Notes under the pieces: model-generated
What the model was told of the DNA's origin: nothing
Seen by the model: only the letters and a program-made list of their open reading frames with translations
Database searches by the model: none
Program-made: the position numbers and the translations under genes
Shown here: piece after piece, positions 49,333 through 59,213 of the stretch
Position numbering within the stretch: position 1 is the stretch's first letter
Layout: every line of letters begins with the position of its first letter
NCBI GenBank assembly: GCA_965205975.1
Contig: OZ242195.1
Span: 1,280,001-1,344,000, forward strand
Direction of reading: 5' to 3'
DNA from: Candidatus Latescibacterota bacterium
GTDB taxonomy: Bacteria > Latescibacterota > UBA2968
DNA length: 64,000 bases

Positions 49333-50793
49333 ATGCAGGATCCCTATTCACTGATTGGCGTTCGTTCATTTATCAATTGCTGTGGTACGCGAACGATTCA
49401 CGGAGGGACGCTGATGTTGCCGCAGGTGCGCGAAGCGATGATGGCTGCTTCGCGCTTTTTTGTCAATATGGATGAACTCATGGCGGGGGTGGGTAAGCGT
49501 TTATCCCTGCTCACGGGAGCGGAGTGGGGGATGGTGGCCTCTGGCGCAGCGGCATGCCTGTGTCACGCGACAGCGGCCTGTGTCACGGGTGGCGATCCCG
49601 AGTTGATGTTTCGGTTGCCCGATACGAGCGGGATGAAGCGCGAGGTCGTCATGCCCAGAGAAAGCCGATTTACCTATGATCACGCCATTCGTTCGGTGGG
49701 TGTGACAATCGTGGAAGTGGATAATCTCAGGGAAATGGATGCGGTGCTCGACCGGGAACAGGTGGCCATGGTCGCCTTGCTGGGGACCTGGGAGGCGGAT
49801 ATGACGCTTGAAGCGATTGTCGAGATGGCGCGTCCGAGAGGTATCCCTGTGCTGGTCGATGCGGCGTCGGAGCATCTCCAATCTCCTGAACCATATACCA
49901 GTCGCGGGGCGAATTTGGTCGCTTATAGCGGGGGCAAATACCTGCGCGGGCCTCAGCCTACGGGATTGTTATTAGGCGATCGCGACCTCGTTGAGGCCGC
50001 CTGGGTGCATGCTGCACCGCATCACACGCTTGGCCGTGCAATGAAGATTGGCAAAGAGGAAGTTATAGGCATTTTAGCGGCTGTGGAATATCTGCTGGTG
50101 GGACGCGATCCCAGGCGCGAATTCGAGGGCTGGATTGCCGATCTCGAGACGATTGTGCGGCATGTAACGCGTTTATCGGGTGTAGAAGCTGAAATTCTCG
50201 TGTCTGATCAGTCAGATGTTCCCAGGTTGGAAATCCGTTGGAATGGAGATCGCATTGGCCTGACGGGTCTTGAATTGCGCGAACAACTTTTGTGCGGCGA
50301 CCCACGCATTATGCTGGATGATCGAGGGGCAACGGATACGTCTATTTTTATTTTGCCATTTTCGCTACAACCCGGAGAAGCAGATATTGTTGGTAGGCAC
50401 ATTCGCGATGCATTATCCCACGCGCCTTTGCCCGCGAAAGAAAAGAAGCGAGAACCCGTTGATGTGTCGGGTGCCTGGGAAATTGAAATCGCGCTGGCGA
50501 GAAAAACAGCGCGTCATCGCGTGGATATCGAGCAAATTGCCGGCGTCCTAACAGGCACTCACCAGACGCGCTGGCTAAAAAATGCGCTAAATGGCTCGGT
50601 GAATGGAGATGAAATCGCATTTACGAGCCAGCATCGTTTTGAGGGAACCCATCTGTCTTATCGGTTTGTGGGCACAGTGTCGGGTGACGAAATGCGCGGC
50701 GAAGTTGAAATGGGCAGTTCGGGACAGTCTGCACCCGGGCCGTTGAATCAGCGAGAATATGGTACAGCGAGATGGCGGGCGGTGAGGCAATAG
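49333..50793 (+). CDS. SelA-like PLP enzyme (DgaE-like) with an extra C-terminal domain
   Basis: INCCGTRTIHGG, VLVDAASE, YSGGKYLRGPQ and GRAMKIGKEE motifs. Confidence 0.8.
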   Translation: MQDPYSLIGVRSFINCCGTRTIHGGTLMLPQVREAMMAASRFFVNMDELMAGVGKRLSLLTGAEWGMVASGAAACLCHATAACVTGGDPELMFRLPDTSGMKREVVMPRESRFTYDHAIRSVGVTIVEVDNLREMDAVLDREQVAMVALLGTWEADMTLEAIVEMARPRGIPVLVDAASEHLQSPEPYTSRGANLVAYSGGKYLRGPQPTGLLLGDRDLVEAAWVHAAPHHTLGRAMKIGKEEVIGILAAVEYLLVGRDPRREFEGWIADLETIVRHVTRLSGVEAEILVSDQSDVPRLEIRWNGDRIGLTGLELREQLLCGDPRIMLDDRGATDTSIFILPFSLQPGEADIVGRHIRDALSHAPLPAKEKKREPVDVSGAWEIEIALARKTARHRVDIEQIAGVLTGTHQTRWLKNALNGSVNGDEIAFTSQHRFEGTHLSYRFVGTVSGDEMRGEVEMGSSGQSAPGPLNQREYGTARWRAVRQ

Positions 50794-50813
50794 GCCATTT
50801 GGAGACCAGGGCG

Positions 50814-51806
50814 CTATCTGAAAATGGATACATTTTTTCCAGTTTTACCCGATTCCATTGCGGCAAAGATGAGTGCCATTGTTTTGCGTACATCACGAGC
50901 TGATGCTTGCGCGAGGGGGCGATTGTCGCGGATGGCTGTGAGAAATTCGAGGTGAATGGTGGGTTCGCCTGCGAGGTGAACGGTTTCGGGTATGTGCTGT
51001 TCTTTGCCATTGAGCAATAGTGGTCCGCTGGTGCCATTGAGGTGAATGACGCCTTCGTCGCCCATTACGGTCCATTCCGTACCCGCCTGATGGTGAAAAG
51101 AGAGGGCGCAGTTGAGGATGGCATTGCTTTCTGTTGTGGCGATGAGAGAGACTTCGTCTTCGATGTCGATATCGGGGTGTGGATCGATATTTTGCACGAT
51201 TGCCGAGACGGAGACGGCTTTTTCATCGATCCACCACAAGAGTACATCGAGCGAGTGAACGCCAATGCCGGGTAGAATGCCGCCCGACAATTCCTGACGC
51301 GCAAACCAGCTATTTTCGTCGCCGCCGCGTCCTGATCCAAGCCTGCGGTGGATGACGTGGCGAATTTTTCCCACAGCTTTTTCTTCGAGTAGCTTTTTGA
51401 CCTGGCGAATCGCTGTTGAAAAACGCTGGCTCTGTCCAGACATGAGCAATTTGCCTCTGGCTTCGGCGGTAGCGATCATGTCATCGACATCTGCGAGGGT
51501 AAGCGCCATGGGTTTTTCGATGAGGGTATGCAACCCTTTTTCCAGACAGGCAATGGTGTAATCGCGGTGCAGGAAGTTGGGTACGGCAATGATTGCAGCA
51601 TCTGCTTCCACATTTGCAAGCGCGTCGTCGAGGCTGTCAAAGGTAGTTGACACACCATACTGGGTTTTTAGATTATTGCGTGCGTCTTCGGATGGATCAA
51701 CACCGGCGACAATAATGCCGAGTTCGGACAAGGACTTCAAACTGTCGGCATGGCCCAAAGCCATGCGACCACAACCGACGAGCAAAATGTGAATGGGGAG
51801 GGACAT
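50814..51806 (-). CDS. Gfo/Idh/MocA oxidoreductase
   Basis: VGCGRM, VPNFLH, IEKPMA and GGILPGIGVH motifs. Confidence 0.87.
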   Translation of the reverse strand: MSLPIHILLVGCGRMALGHADSLKSLSELGIIVAGVDPSEDARNNLKTQYGVSTTFDSLDDALANVEADAAIIAVPNFLHRDYTIACLEKGLHTLIEKPMALTLADVDDMIATAEARGKLLMSGQSQRFSTAIRQVKKLLEEKAVGKIRHVIHRRLGSGRGGDENSWFARQELSGGILPGIGVHSLDVLLWWIDEKAVSVSAIVQNIDPHPDIDIEDEVSLIATTESNAILNCALSFHHQAGTEWTVMGDEGVIHLNGTSGPLLLNGKEQHIPETVHLAGEPTIHLEFLTAIRDNRPLAQASARDVRKTMALIFAAMESGKTGKNVSIFR

Positions 51807-51834
51807 CGGGTTCTCCGTTTACTGGATGGGTTGA

Positions 51835-52338
51835 TCAGGTGTCCTCGGTTTTTGGAGTGATGCGAAAGCCCAGGCGTTTGTAGAGGCGCACGGCGGGTTC
51901 ACGCCAGAGGGCTGTGTTGAGATAGGCGTCGGCATACCCGCGGGCAACGAGTTCTTTGAGGGCGCGGAGTGAGATGGCATAGCCGAGGCCATGCCCACGG
52001 TATTTGGGATCGGTACCAACCCAGTGGATAAGGCCAACTGCTTTTCCTCCGTAATGGGCTTCCCACGCGCTGGCAGTTGCTACCATATAATCGCCTTTGA
52101 GGCCGACAAAGATGCGATTGTAGTCGCAACACGGTTCACGGGTGAATGTGGCGTGAAAATTGTCGATGGTCCAGGGGTTTCCGCCTTCTTCGCCAAAAGC
52201 CTCATTTTTCATGCGAACCCATTCTTCTTCTTCGCCGGGTTGGAGTGTGCGAATTGTGAAGCCTTCAGGTACTGTGTATTCGGGTAGCGGTTCGCTTAGA
52301 GATCGACGCATGCGAATGCCGCTTGTGCGATTATTCAT
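51835..52338 (-). CDS. GNAT family N-acetyltransferase
   Basis: VGTDPKYRGHGLG and AVRLYKRLGF motifs. Confidence 0.88.
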   Translation of the reverse strand: MNNRTSGIRMRRSLSEPLPEYTVPEGFTIRTLQPGEEEEWVRMKNEAFGEEGGNPWTIDNFHATFTREPCCDYNRIFVGLKGDYMVATASAWEAHYGGKAVGLIHWVGTDPKYRGHGLGYAISLRALKELVARGYADAYLNTALWREPAVRLYKRLGFRITPKTEDT

Positions 52339-52340
52339 AG

Positions 52341-53351
52341 TTAAAAATCCAGGAATACGGTTGCTGGACGATTGTTTTCAATGGATTCTATTATGGCACA
52401 GCATACGGCGACGGACCGCGCACCATCAACTGCGTCAATTAGCGGTTTTTCACCGCGTTCAATACAGGTTAAAAAGTGGTCGAGTTCCTGGGGGCACGTA
52501 TGGTCTTCTGCGCGTATTTCAATTGGGAGTTCAGACCATTCTTCGACGTGGGGCATACCGCCGATGAAGAGTTTGTTGTTGTGAATGGAGCCTCTGGTTC
52601 CGTGAAAGCTGAAGTTGAGGTTGTAGGGAATTTCTGCGCCGCAGGAGACCAGGCATTTACCCAGGGCTCCGGAATTAAATTTTAAGTTCGCAATGACTGT
52701 GTCATACCAGGGAGCATCGGGAATATTTTTGTTTGTGCCATACGCACTGACTTCAACGATTTCTCCGACGAGCCATCGCATGAGGTCTAAAGGATGGCAG
52801 GCTCCGCCGATAATGGGCAGTTGGCCTTCTTTTTCCGTGTCCATCCACCAATCGTGACCGGGCAGAGGCAAGAAGGGTTTGAGGTCGTGGATGTAGTCGC
52901 CTTCTACAAAACAGGCTTCTCCCAGCATGCCGTTGTGAATGAGGTGGTAAATGGTTTCAAATATGTTGCTAAATCGCGCGCCGTGGCCGACCATGACTTG
53001 TCGTCCGGATCTTTTGGCTACATCGACGATTTTTTGACAGTCTTCAACTGTAACGGCGAGGGGTTTTTCCACAAAGACGTGTTTGCCCGCGTCGAGCGCA
53101 GCGATGGCTTGATCTACGTGTTGTGAGTTGGGCGTGCAAATATAAACGATGTTGATTTCGGAGTCGGACAGGACGCTCTCGTATTGTGTCGAGATTTTAT
53201 CTGCGCGATATGTCACTTGCAGGTCTTTTGCGATCTGTTCGCTGCGCGGCGTTGTACATATTGTTCGCAAATGTGCATTGGGATGCGCTGAGATGGCTTT
53301 GATGTGCTCGCCACCGATATAGCCCGTTCCTATCACAGCAATCGCGTTCAT
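52341..53351 (-). CDS. Gfo/Idh/MocA oxidoreductase
   Basis: IGTGYIG, CTPNSQH, VEKPLA and GACHPLD motifs. Confidence 0.87.
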   Translation of the reverse strand: MNAIAVIGTGYIGGEHIKAISAHPNAHLRTICTTPRSEQIAKDLQVTYRADKISTQYESVLSDSEINIVYICTPNSQHVDQAIAALDAGKHVFVEKPLAVTVEDCQKIVDVAKRSGRQVMVGHGARFSNIFETIYHLIHNGMLGEACFVEGDYIHDLKPFLPLPGHDWWMDTEKEGQLPIIGGACHPLDLMRWLVGEIVEVSAYGTNKNIPDAPWYDTVIANLKFNSGALGKCLVSCGAEIPYNLNFSFHGTRGSIHNNKLFIGGMPHVEEWSELPIEIRAEDHTCPQELDHFLTCIERGEKPLIDAVDGARSVAVCCAIIESIENNRPATVFLDF

Positions 53352-53460
53352 CGGAGGACCTCCTGTGATTTGTCCAACAAGACGCAAAAATGTAAGATTG
53401 AAAATGTAAAATTGAAACTTAAAAATCGGGCGGTATGTTAAACTAATGAGAGGTGAGACT

Positions 53461-54837
53461 ATGGTACAAGAAAATCGACCAAATGTGTTGTTCATTTCGT
53501 TTGACGATTTAAATCACTATGTGGGATTTTTGGATCGCGCACCAAATGCTGTGACCCCACATTTTAATCGGTTGGCCGAGCGATGCACAGTATTTGAACG
53601 CGCGTATTGTCAGGCGCCGATTTGCAATCCATCGCGGGCGAGTTTGATGAGTGGGTTGCGCCCATCCACTACGGGTGTTTATAACAATCGGCAGCCGCTC
53701 AGATTTTCAGATGCGGGAAAAAATTGCGTGACACTGCCGCAGCACTTTCGGCAAAATGGGTATTTCACAACGGGTAGTGGTAAGGTATATCACGGCAAAT
53801 TTCCCGATCCAATGTCGTGGGATTCATACCTTCCGAGTTTGTTTAACCAATCGCATTCCGGCGCGGGACCCGATCATCATCCCGTAAATGGCATGGCGGG
53901 TATGGGCAATCTGGACTGGGGACCGATGGATGTTGCCGATGAAGATATGCAGGATTACAAAGCTGTGAGTTATTGTGTTGAGCAATTGGGGACCAGGCAT
54001 GACAAACCCTTTTTTTTGACGTGTGGATTTAAGCTGCCGCATCTGATGTGGCATGTGCCGAGGAAATATGTCGAAGCTTATGACCTGAATGATCTCCATT
54101 TACCCGATACACTGGCAAATGATCTGGACGATGTTCCCGAGATCGCGCAGCGATGGGCGAATCAGAAACCGCATGCGCGTATCGTGGAAGCAGGTCAATG
54201 GAAGGAAGCGATTCGGTGTTATCTGGCGTGTATCAGTTTTGTCGATACGCAAATTGGACGATTGATAGATACACTGGATGCAAGTGCTTATGCAGAGAAT
54301 ACAGCCATTGTTTTGTGGGCAGATCACGGGTGGCATTTGGGCGAAAAGAGCCACTGGAAAAAGAGCACATTATGGGAAGAAGCCACGCGCGTGCCCTTGC
54401 TTATTTCAGCACCGGATTATTCGCCCGGCATCTGTTCAAAACCCGTGGGATTGATCGATATTTATCCCACGCTGATTGCGTTGTGCGGCTTGTCTGATCG
54501 CAGTGGATTGGAAGGCCGAAGTCTGGTGCCATTGATGGAAAATCCCAATCACAACTGGCCCTTTCCCGCAATCACCACACACGGACGTGGCAATCATGCC
54601 ATACGGTCTGAGCACTGGCGATATATCCGTTACGCAGATGGGTCAGAAGAGCTTTACGATCACAGAAATGACGAGATGGAATGGGAAAATCTGGCGCATA
54701 GTCCGGAACTGCGCGAAGTCAAAGAACTTCTATCGCAATGGTTGCCCGATAATAATGCGCCAGATGCTGAGATTGTGGAATGGTCTGAAGATGATGAGAG
54801 CTATCGGGCGAGGGTAGAGGCGATGATGGACGAATAG
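53461..54837 (+). CDS. Cys-type sulfatase (iduronate-2-sulfatase / choline sulfatase-like)
   Basis: CNPSRASLMSG, GKVYH, KLPH, ADHGWHLGEK and WKKSTLWE motifs. Confidence 0.92.
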   Translation: MVQENRPNVLFISFDDLNHYVGFLDRAPNAVTPHFNRLAERCTVFERAYCQAPICNPSRASLMSGLRPSTTGVYNNRQPLRFSDAGKNCVTLPQHFRQNGYFTTGSGKVYHGKFPDPMSWDSYLPSLFNQSHSGAGPDHHPVNGMAGMGNLDWGPMDVADEDMQDYKAVSYCVEQLGTRHDKPFFLTCGFKLPHLMWHVPRKYVEAYDLNDLHLPDTLANDLDDVPEIAQRWANQKPHARIVEAGQWKEAIRCYLACISFVDTQIGRLIDTLDASAYAENTAIVLWADHGWHLGEKSHWKKSTLWEEATRVPLLISAPDYSPGICSKPVGLIDIYPTLIALCGLSDRSGLEGRSLVPLMENPNHNWPFPAITTHGRGNHAIRSEHWRYIRYADGSEELYDHRNDEMEWENLAHSPELREVKELLSQWLPDNNAPDAEIVEWSEDDESYRARVEAMMDE

Positions 54838-54840
54838 ATA

Positions 54841-56820
54841 TTACCATCCATGCACAATATGGCCTGCGTCGGGAAACCAGATGGCATCAACGCCTGTAGA
54901 GATGCCAACGCCCAATAAGTAGCCAACCATGAGGCCATACCAGAAAGGCAGGGATTTGCGGTAGAGCGCGACGCCGCCAAAACGCATGATGAGTGCCTTG
55001 GTCGCCCACACAACGAGCAGACTAAAACCATAGCGGCGGGTGGGGAAGGCGATGGCTACGGGATTAAAAGGCCACCACGAAAAACGCGTGCGTATATAAG
55101 TTAAAAAACCGGCTATCGCAAATCCCCAGATCCACACACCCAATTTTTCGATGTCGAAGTAGAGTATTGTCGAGCCTTCTACATAAGGGACCAGTCGCAC
55201 GAGATGGTTCCAGTCGCCCAAATAGAGTGGTCCGTTCATTCCGCCGTCCATGTAGCTGCGATACAGCGAATCGGTAGCAGTTGTGATACAGCCCGTGATG
55301 TAGGCGATGGGGATAATGGCCCAGACCATGGGGTGCCGCTTGAGGTGGTTGCCCAGCATGCGAAAGTAGTGGGGGACAGACATCGTGGCGGTGAGGCGAA
55401 TGGGCATGCCGGCAAAGCCATTGCGGTTGATCATCCAGATTGTCGTGAGTGTGCCGGGCGACATGTTGGCCGTGCCACCCATCTGCATCCACACATTGCC
55501 TCCCTTATCGGCACCCAGTCCGCCGGTACTTCCGGGGGATAAAAAGGTGAATCCGGTTGCTGCGGCGTATTTGGCAACGCCGAATAGCGCGATGAACATC
55601 AAAATGAGTTGCACTATGGTTGCCCACAGTTCCATGCCTGCGGCCAGACACCAGCCCGCGAGGAATATGACCGAAGCCGCGAGGCCGAGCCAGGCAGTTC
55701 GATAGGTGACTGGTGTTCCATCGTCTGCAGCTCTGTTGCTCATCAGCGCACATTCGAGGGTGTTTTTGAGGTGTTTGCGCGATACCCATAATGACCAGGC
55801 GACGAGAAAAACGAGTGCGCCGTGGGATTCGAAGCTGAGTATTTCTGCTGGTGTCGCTTGCTGTCCCTGTAACCCCACCGTAATGCCAGTTTGGTTCATC
55901 AGCCCCTCTTTGATAATATTTAGGACATTGTAAAACCAGAAGCTGAAGAGCAAGTCGAGCGGACACAAATATGCCAGACCCATGATCAGGGGCTGCATGC
56001 GTAAAAAATATCTTGGATAGTGATAGCCGATGTTTATCGCCATTTGTCCAGCGAGATCATAGATAGGAATATGCGGCAGGGTGTGGACAAAATAACCCGC
56101 GATATTCCAGCAGATCACAAAGGTGGAAATGCCAAACCCCACCCAAAATAGGGGGGCGTGAAAGACGACGGGCAGGCGATATCCGGGTTCTTCTCGCAAC
56201 ATTTCGGTGGGGAAGGTGGCCATAGGAAAGGTGAGACGCTCTTTTTCGTGCCACTGTTTGAAGAATAAGACGCTGCAGAAAAAACCGGCCATGACCACGG
56301 ATAAACAGGCGGCAGTCCACCAGAAGAGCGGACGGATCCACGGTTGCCAGGGAATAGCTGTGTTGGGTTCTATTCCCCCGTAGAGTTGTCCGATGACCAC
56401 GGGCGATTTTTGCATAAAGAGCCAGTCTGGCAGGAAGGGGGCAATGACGTCGGTCACGCGGTTTTCCGGCGATGCGAGGTGTACCGGAGCAGAGATGTTG
56501 CCCAGGAGATAGCCCGCCCAGCCCGTGGTGGGCAGGTTGCCCACGAGCCAGACCATGAAGAAGATGGTCAACATTTCCGTGCGCGACAAAGCGCGTTTTG
56601 GCGCGACGAGTTTGAGTATGGCGTTGATGCCGATCCAGGCGACAAAGGGGATCAGAGCCGATACGGGCATGTAGTTTTTGATCATGTTCCACGCAAAATG
56701 CGTGATGTAGATCGTCATGAGGGCAATGGTCAAGATACCGAGCATGACTGCGCGTACCGTGATTCCTCGATCCTGTACATCGGGATGGGTTTCCCTGGAT
56801 ATGTCTGTTTGTATGGCCAT
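54841..56820 (-). CDS. Polytopic membrane protein, DUF6785/DUF6784-like putative transporter
   Basis: Many TM segments; QWHEKERLTFP, WWPFNPV and RFGGVALYRK motifs. Confidence 0.7.
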   Translation of the reverse strand: MAIQTDISRETHPDVQDRGITVRAVMLGILTIALMTIYITHFAWNMIKNYMPVSALIPFVAWIGINAILKLVAPKRALSRTEMLTIFFMVWLVGNLPTTGWAGYLLGNISAPVHLASPENRVTDVIAPFLPDWLFMQKSPVVIGQLYGGIEPNTAIPWQPWIRPLFWWTAACLSVVMAGFFCSVLFFKQWHEKERLTFPMATFPTEMLREEPGYRLPVVFHAPLFWVGFGISTFVICWNIAGYFVHTLPHIPIYDLAGQMAINIGYHYPRYFLRMQPLIMGLAYLCPLDLLFSFWFYNVLNIIKEGLMNQTGITVGLQGQQATPAEILSFESHGALVFLVAWSLWVSRKHLKNTLECALMSNRAADDGTPVTYRTAWLGLAASVIFLAGWCLAAGMELWATIVQLILMFIALFGVAKYAAATGFTFLSPGSTGGLGADKGGNVWMQMGGTANMSPGTLTTIWMINRNGFAGMPIRLTATMSVPHYFRMLGNHLKRHPMVWAIIPIAYITGCITTATDSLYRSYMDGGMNGPLYLGDWNHLVRLVPYVEGSTILYFDIEKLGVWIWGFAIAGFLTYIRTRFSWWPFNPVAIAFPTRRYGFSLLVVWATKALIMRFGGVALYRKSLPFWYGLMVGYLLGVGISTGVDAIWFPDAGHIVHGW

Positions 56821-57013
56821 TTTTGAAAAGGGAAGTTGAGGCCGAGTGAAAGGCGCTTTAATGACAGGGCAAAATAGGGCGAAGGCCAGAAGTTTTCAAC
56901 TTAAAATTTATGGTTTTAATACAATAAAGAGCGTGGGCGGGGTACAACGGGTCGTTGCCAGACCCATTCAGGAAATTACATACTGATTTTGGGAGGACGG
57001 GCGGGGTTCGTTG

Positions 57014-57045
57014 ATTCGTCTATTCGTCTATTCGTCTATTCGTTT
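57014..57045 (+). repeat. 8-bp tandem repeat (ATTCGTCT x3 + ATTCGTTT)
   Basis: Read directly; ends immediately before the AAGGAGG RBS. Confidence 0.85.
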
Positions 57046-57057
57046 AAGGAGGTTGTT

Positions 57058-57918
57058 ATGGACATTTATGAGAAGTATTTTTTTGATGTGAATGGATATC
57101 TGGTAGTGGAGGACATTTTATCTCCCGATCAGGTCGCAGCCCTCAATGAGGCGATTGACCACAATCGGGATAGGGTTCGAATTCGAGAGGGGGAGGATAG
57201 GTTGTCGGGCGGCGCGGGTGGCGGCGAGGTTTCTATCGCACTGGAAGGCGCGCATGGACGAGGGGATATCGGGAGTATTCTGAGATGGCCAAAGCCGTGG
57301 TGTCAACCCTTCCGCGATTTGCTATCCCATTTGCCAACGATGAACTATATGCTCGATATGATCGGCAATGGGTTTCGCTATGGCAATGCCAATGGCATTA
57401 GCATGACCAAAGGCGCAGAAGGGCATTTGCTTCACGGCGGGGGTGGGTTTTTGGGCGGACATATGTATTTCTGCAAGGATGGGAAGATGTGGAATAATCT
57501 GATTGCCGTGTGTTATCAACTCGCCGATGTCAATCCCGGCGATGGCGGATTTGTGTGTATTCCCGGCAGTCATAAGGCAAATTTTGAATGTCCGACGGAT
57601 GTGCGCCGAATGGAGCGGGACCTGGGGTGTTTTAAGCATATTCCCATGAAGGCGGGTTCTGCGGTCATTTTTACCGAGGCACTGACACATGGCGCAATGC
57701 CGTGGACTGCGGACCACGAGCGACGGACCTTATTGTATCGCTATGCCGCAGGGGGATATGTCAACCCGCCCAGTGGCAATGATCCCGCGAAATACGCGCC
57801 GTTTATGGATGAGTTGACACCGCTTCAGCAGGCTATTATGCAACCCCCGCACAATGCGGGACGTATAGATATGGCCTCGCTAATCGAGGCGGAGGAAAAA
57901 GCGAGTACTAAAAACTGA
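57058..57918 (+). CDS. Phytanoyl-CoA dioxygenase (PhyH) family Fe/2OG enzyme
   Basis: FDVNGYLVV, DGGFVCIPGSHK, KAGSAVIF, LTHG and RRTL; first iron motif reads LHGG. Confidence 0.88.
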   Translation: MDIYEKYFFDVNGYLVVEDILSPDQVAALNEAIDHNRDRVRIREGEDRLSGGAGGGEVSIALEGAHGRGDIGSILRWPKPWCQPFRDLLSHLPTMNYMLDMIGNGFRYGNANGISMTKGAEGHLLHGGGGFLGGHMYFCKDGKMWNNLIAVCYQLADVNPGDGGFVCIPGSHKANFECPTDVRRMERDLGCFKHIPMKAGSAVIFTEALTHGAMPWTADHERRTLLYRYAAGGYVNPPSGNDPAKYAPFMDELTPLQQAIMQPPHNAGRIDMASLIEAEEKASTKN

Positions 57919-57968
57919 GTTGACAGGCTGTTTTTTTCTATCTATATGTTTGATGTGGATTTGACAAT

Positions 57969-58086
57969 GGTCTTCTGCCCTTTCAATAATCAAATCCCCA
58001 ACTGCACTAAGGACAAGGCAAAGGACCCCCTCGGAGTCTGTAGTATTTACAACAGAGAAGGCGCAGTCATCACATGTCCCATTCGA
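57969..58086 (+). pseudogene. Fragment of a NotI-like restriction endonuclease
   Basis: CPFNNQIPNCTKDKAKDPLGVCS...ITCPIR four-Cys pattern resembling the NotI metal-binding region. Confidence 0.65.
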
Positions 58087-58088
58087 TG

Positions 58089-58292
58089 GTTCTCGGCGTT
58101 AGTCGCCAGGCATTATCGAGCCTGGTGAACGGTCACGCTCGCATGTCAGTTGAAATGGCTATAAGGCTTGCAAAGGGATTCGGCTCTACGCCGGAGACCT
58201 GGATACGCCTACAGGCATCCTTCGATGTTGCACAGGCGCGAGCAGGCGAGGATGAGATAGAGGTCAAACGCTATGAACCGCAATCAGTATGA
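58089..58292 (+). pseudogene. N-terminally truncated HigA-like antitoxin
   Basis: LGVSRQALSSLVNG...SVEMAIRLAKGFGSTPETWIRLQ; lacks the HPGE N-terminus. Confidence 0.75.
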
Positions 58293-58333
58293 TCATAATC
58301 CATGATACATTTATAGACCAAAGGAGACTATAC

Positions 58334-58618
58334 ATGGCAGACACGATCAAACTATCTGTGGAATTTCCCGAGTCCTTAGTCGCAGACCTTTGGATAGATG
58401 AGGCTACAGCTTCTGCGAAAATGAAAGAAGCCGTGGTGCTAGATCTTTTTCGCCAAAAGCGCATCTCGATTCGCAAAGGTGCCGAACTATTGGATCTCTC
58501 CTATCGCGAGTTTCTGGCTCTCCTCTCCCGTCGCCAGGTCCCGATCACTGACTACGAAGAGAGAGAGATTGATTGCGATTTGGAAGCGTTTAAGAAAATT
58601 GAGCAACGGACTGTATGA
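58334..58618 (+). CDS. UPF0175 family protein (putative antitoxin)
   Basis: LFRQKRISIRKGAELLDLS...FL; AAGGAG RBS. Confidence 0.8.
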   Translation: MADTIKLSVEFPESLVADLWIDEATASAKMKEAVVLDLFRQKRISIRKGAELLDLSYREFLALLSRRQVPITDYEEREIDCDLEAFKKIEQRTV

Positions 58619-59112
58619 AGGCCGTCTCTGACAGTACCCCGCTCATCTACCTCGCTGCTATTGGCAAATTTGAGTTGCTACGACATTATTTTTCTTCCAT
58701 ACTCATTCCCAACACGGTCCGCGATGAGGTCGTTCAAGATGGCTACGAGCAGCACGGTGCATTGGAAACACAAAAAGGTGTTGAGGATGGCTGGATTAAG
58801 GTCGTATATCTCACCAATGATCAACACATTGCCGACCTTCTGAATCTGGGGATGACGCAGACCGATGCCCATGTCGTTGCTTTAGCACAGGAACAACAGA
58901 CAGACTTGCTCATCGCAGATGATGCGATGGTACGCAAGCAAGCCCAATCATTGGGACTTCCGCTGTCAGGCACTATTGGCATCTTACTAAACGCCCAACG
59001 AGATGGTCATATACCCGATCTAAAGGCAATGCTGGATCAACTTATTGCTGTTGGCTTCTACCTTCAACCCAATGGTCAATTCTACAAAGACCTACTTCAA
59101 CGCGCTATATGA
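58615..59112 (+). CDS. DUF3368 / PIN domain protein
   Basis: SDSTPLIYL, IPNTVRDE, IADD, GTIGIL and GFYL; ATGA overlap with the upstream gene. Confidence 0.82.
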   Translation: MKAVSDSTPLIYLAAIGKFELLRHYFSSILIPNTVRDEVVQDGYEQHGALETQKGVEDGWIKVVYLTNDQHIADLLNLGMTQTDAHVVALAQEQQTDLLIADDAMVRKQAQSLGLPLSGTIGILLNAQRDGHIPDLKAMLDQLIAVGFYLQPNGQFYKDLLQRAI

Positions 59113-59213
59113 ACTTGTAAATTTGCTGTGTAGCGGATGGGTGGAATTGATAGGGTGTTGGAAGCTCGAGCAGAATACAAAACCAGTAATTAAAGAGATT
59201 ACGAGGAGGTTCT

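Noticed and set aside
49333..50793. True selenocysteine synthase SelA
   Set aside because: No selB or selC nearby; the motifs fit the DgaE-like branch better
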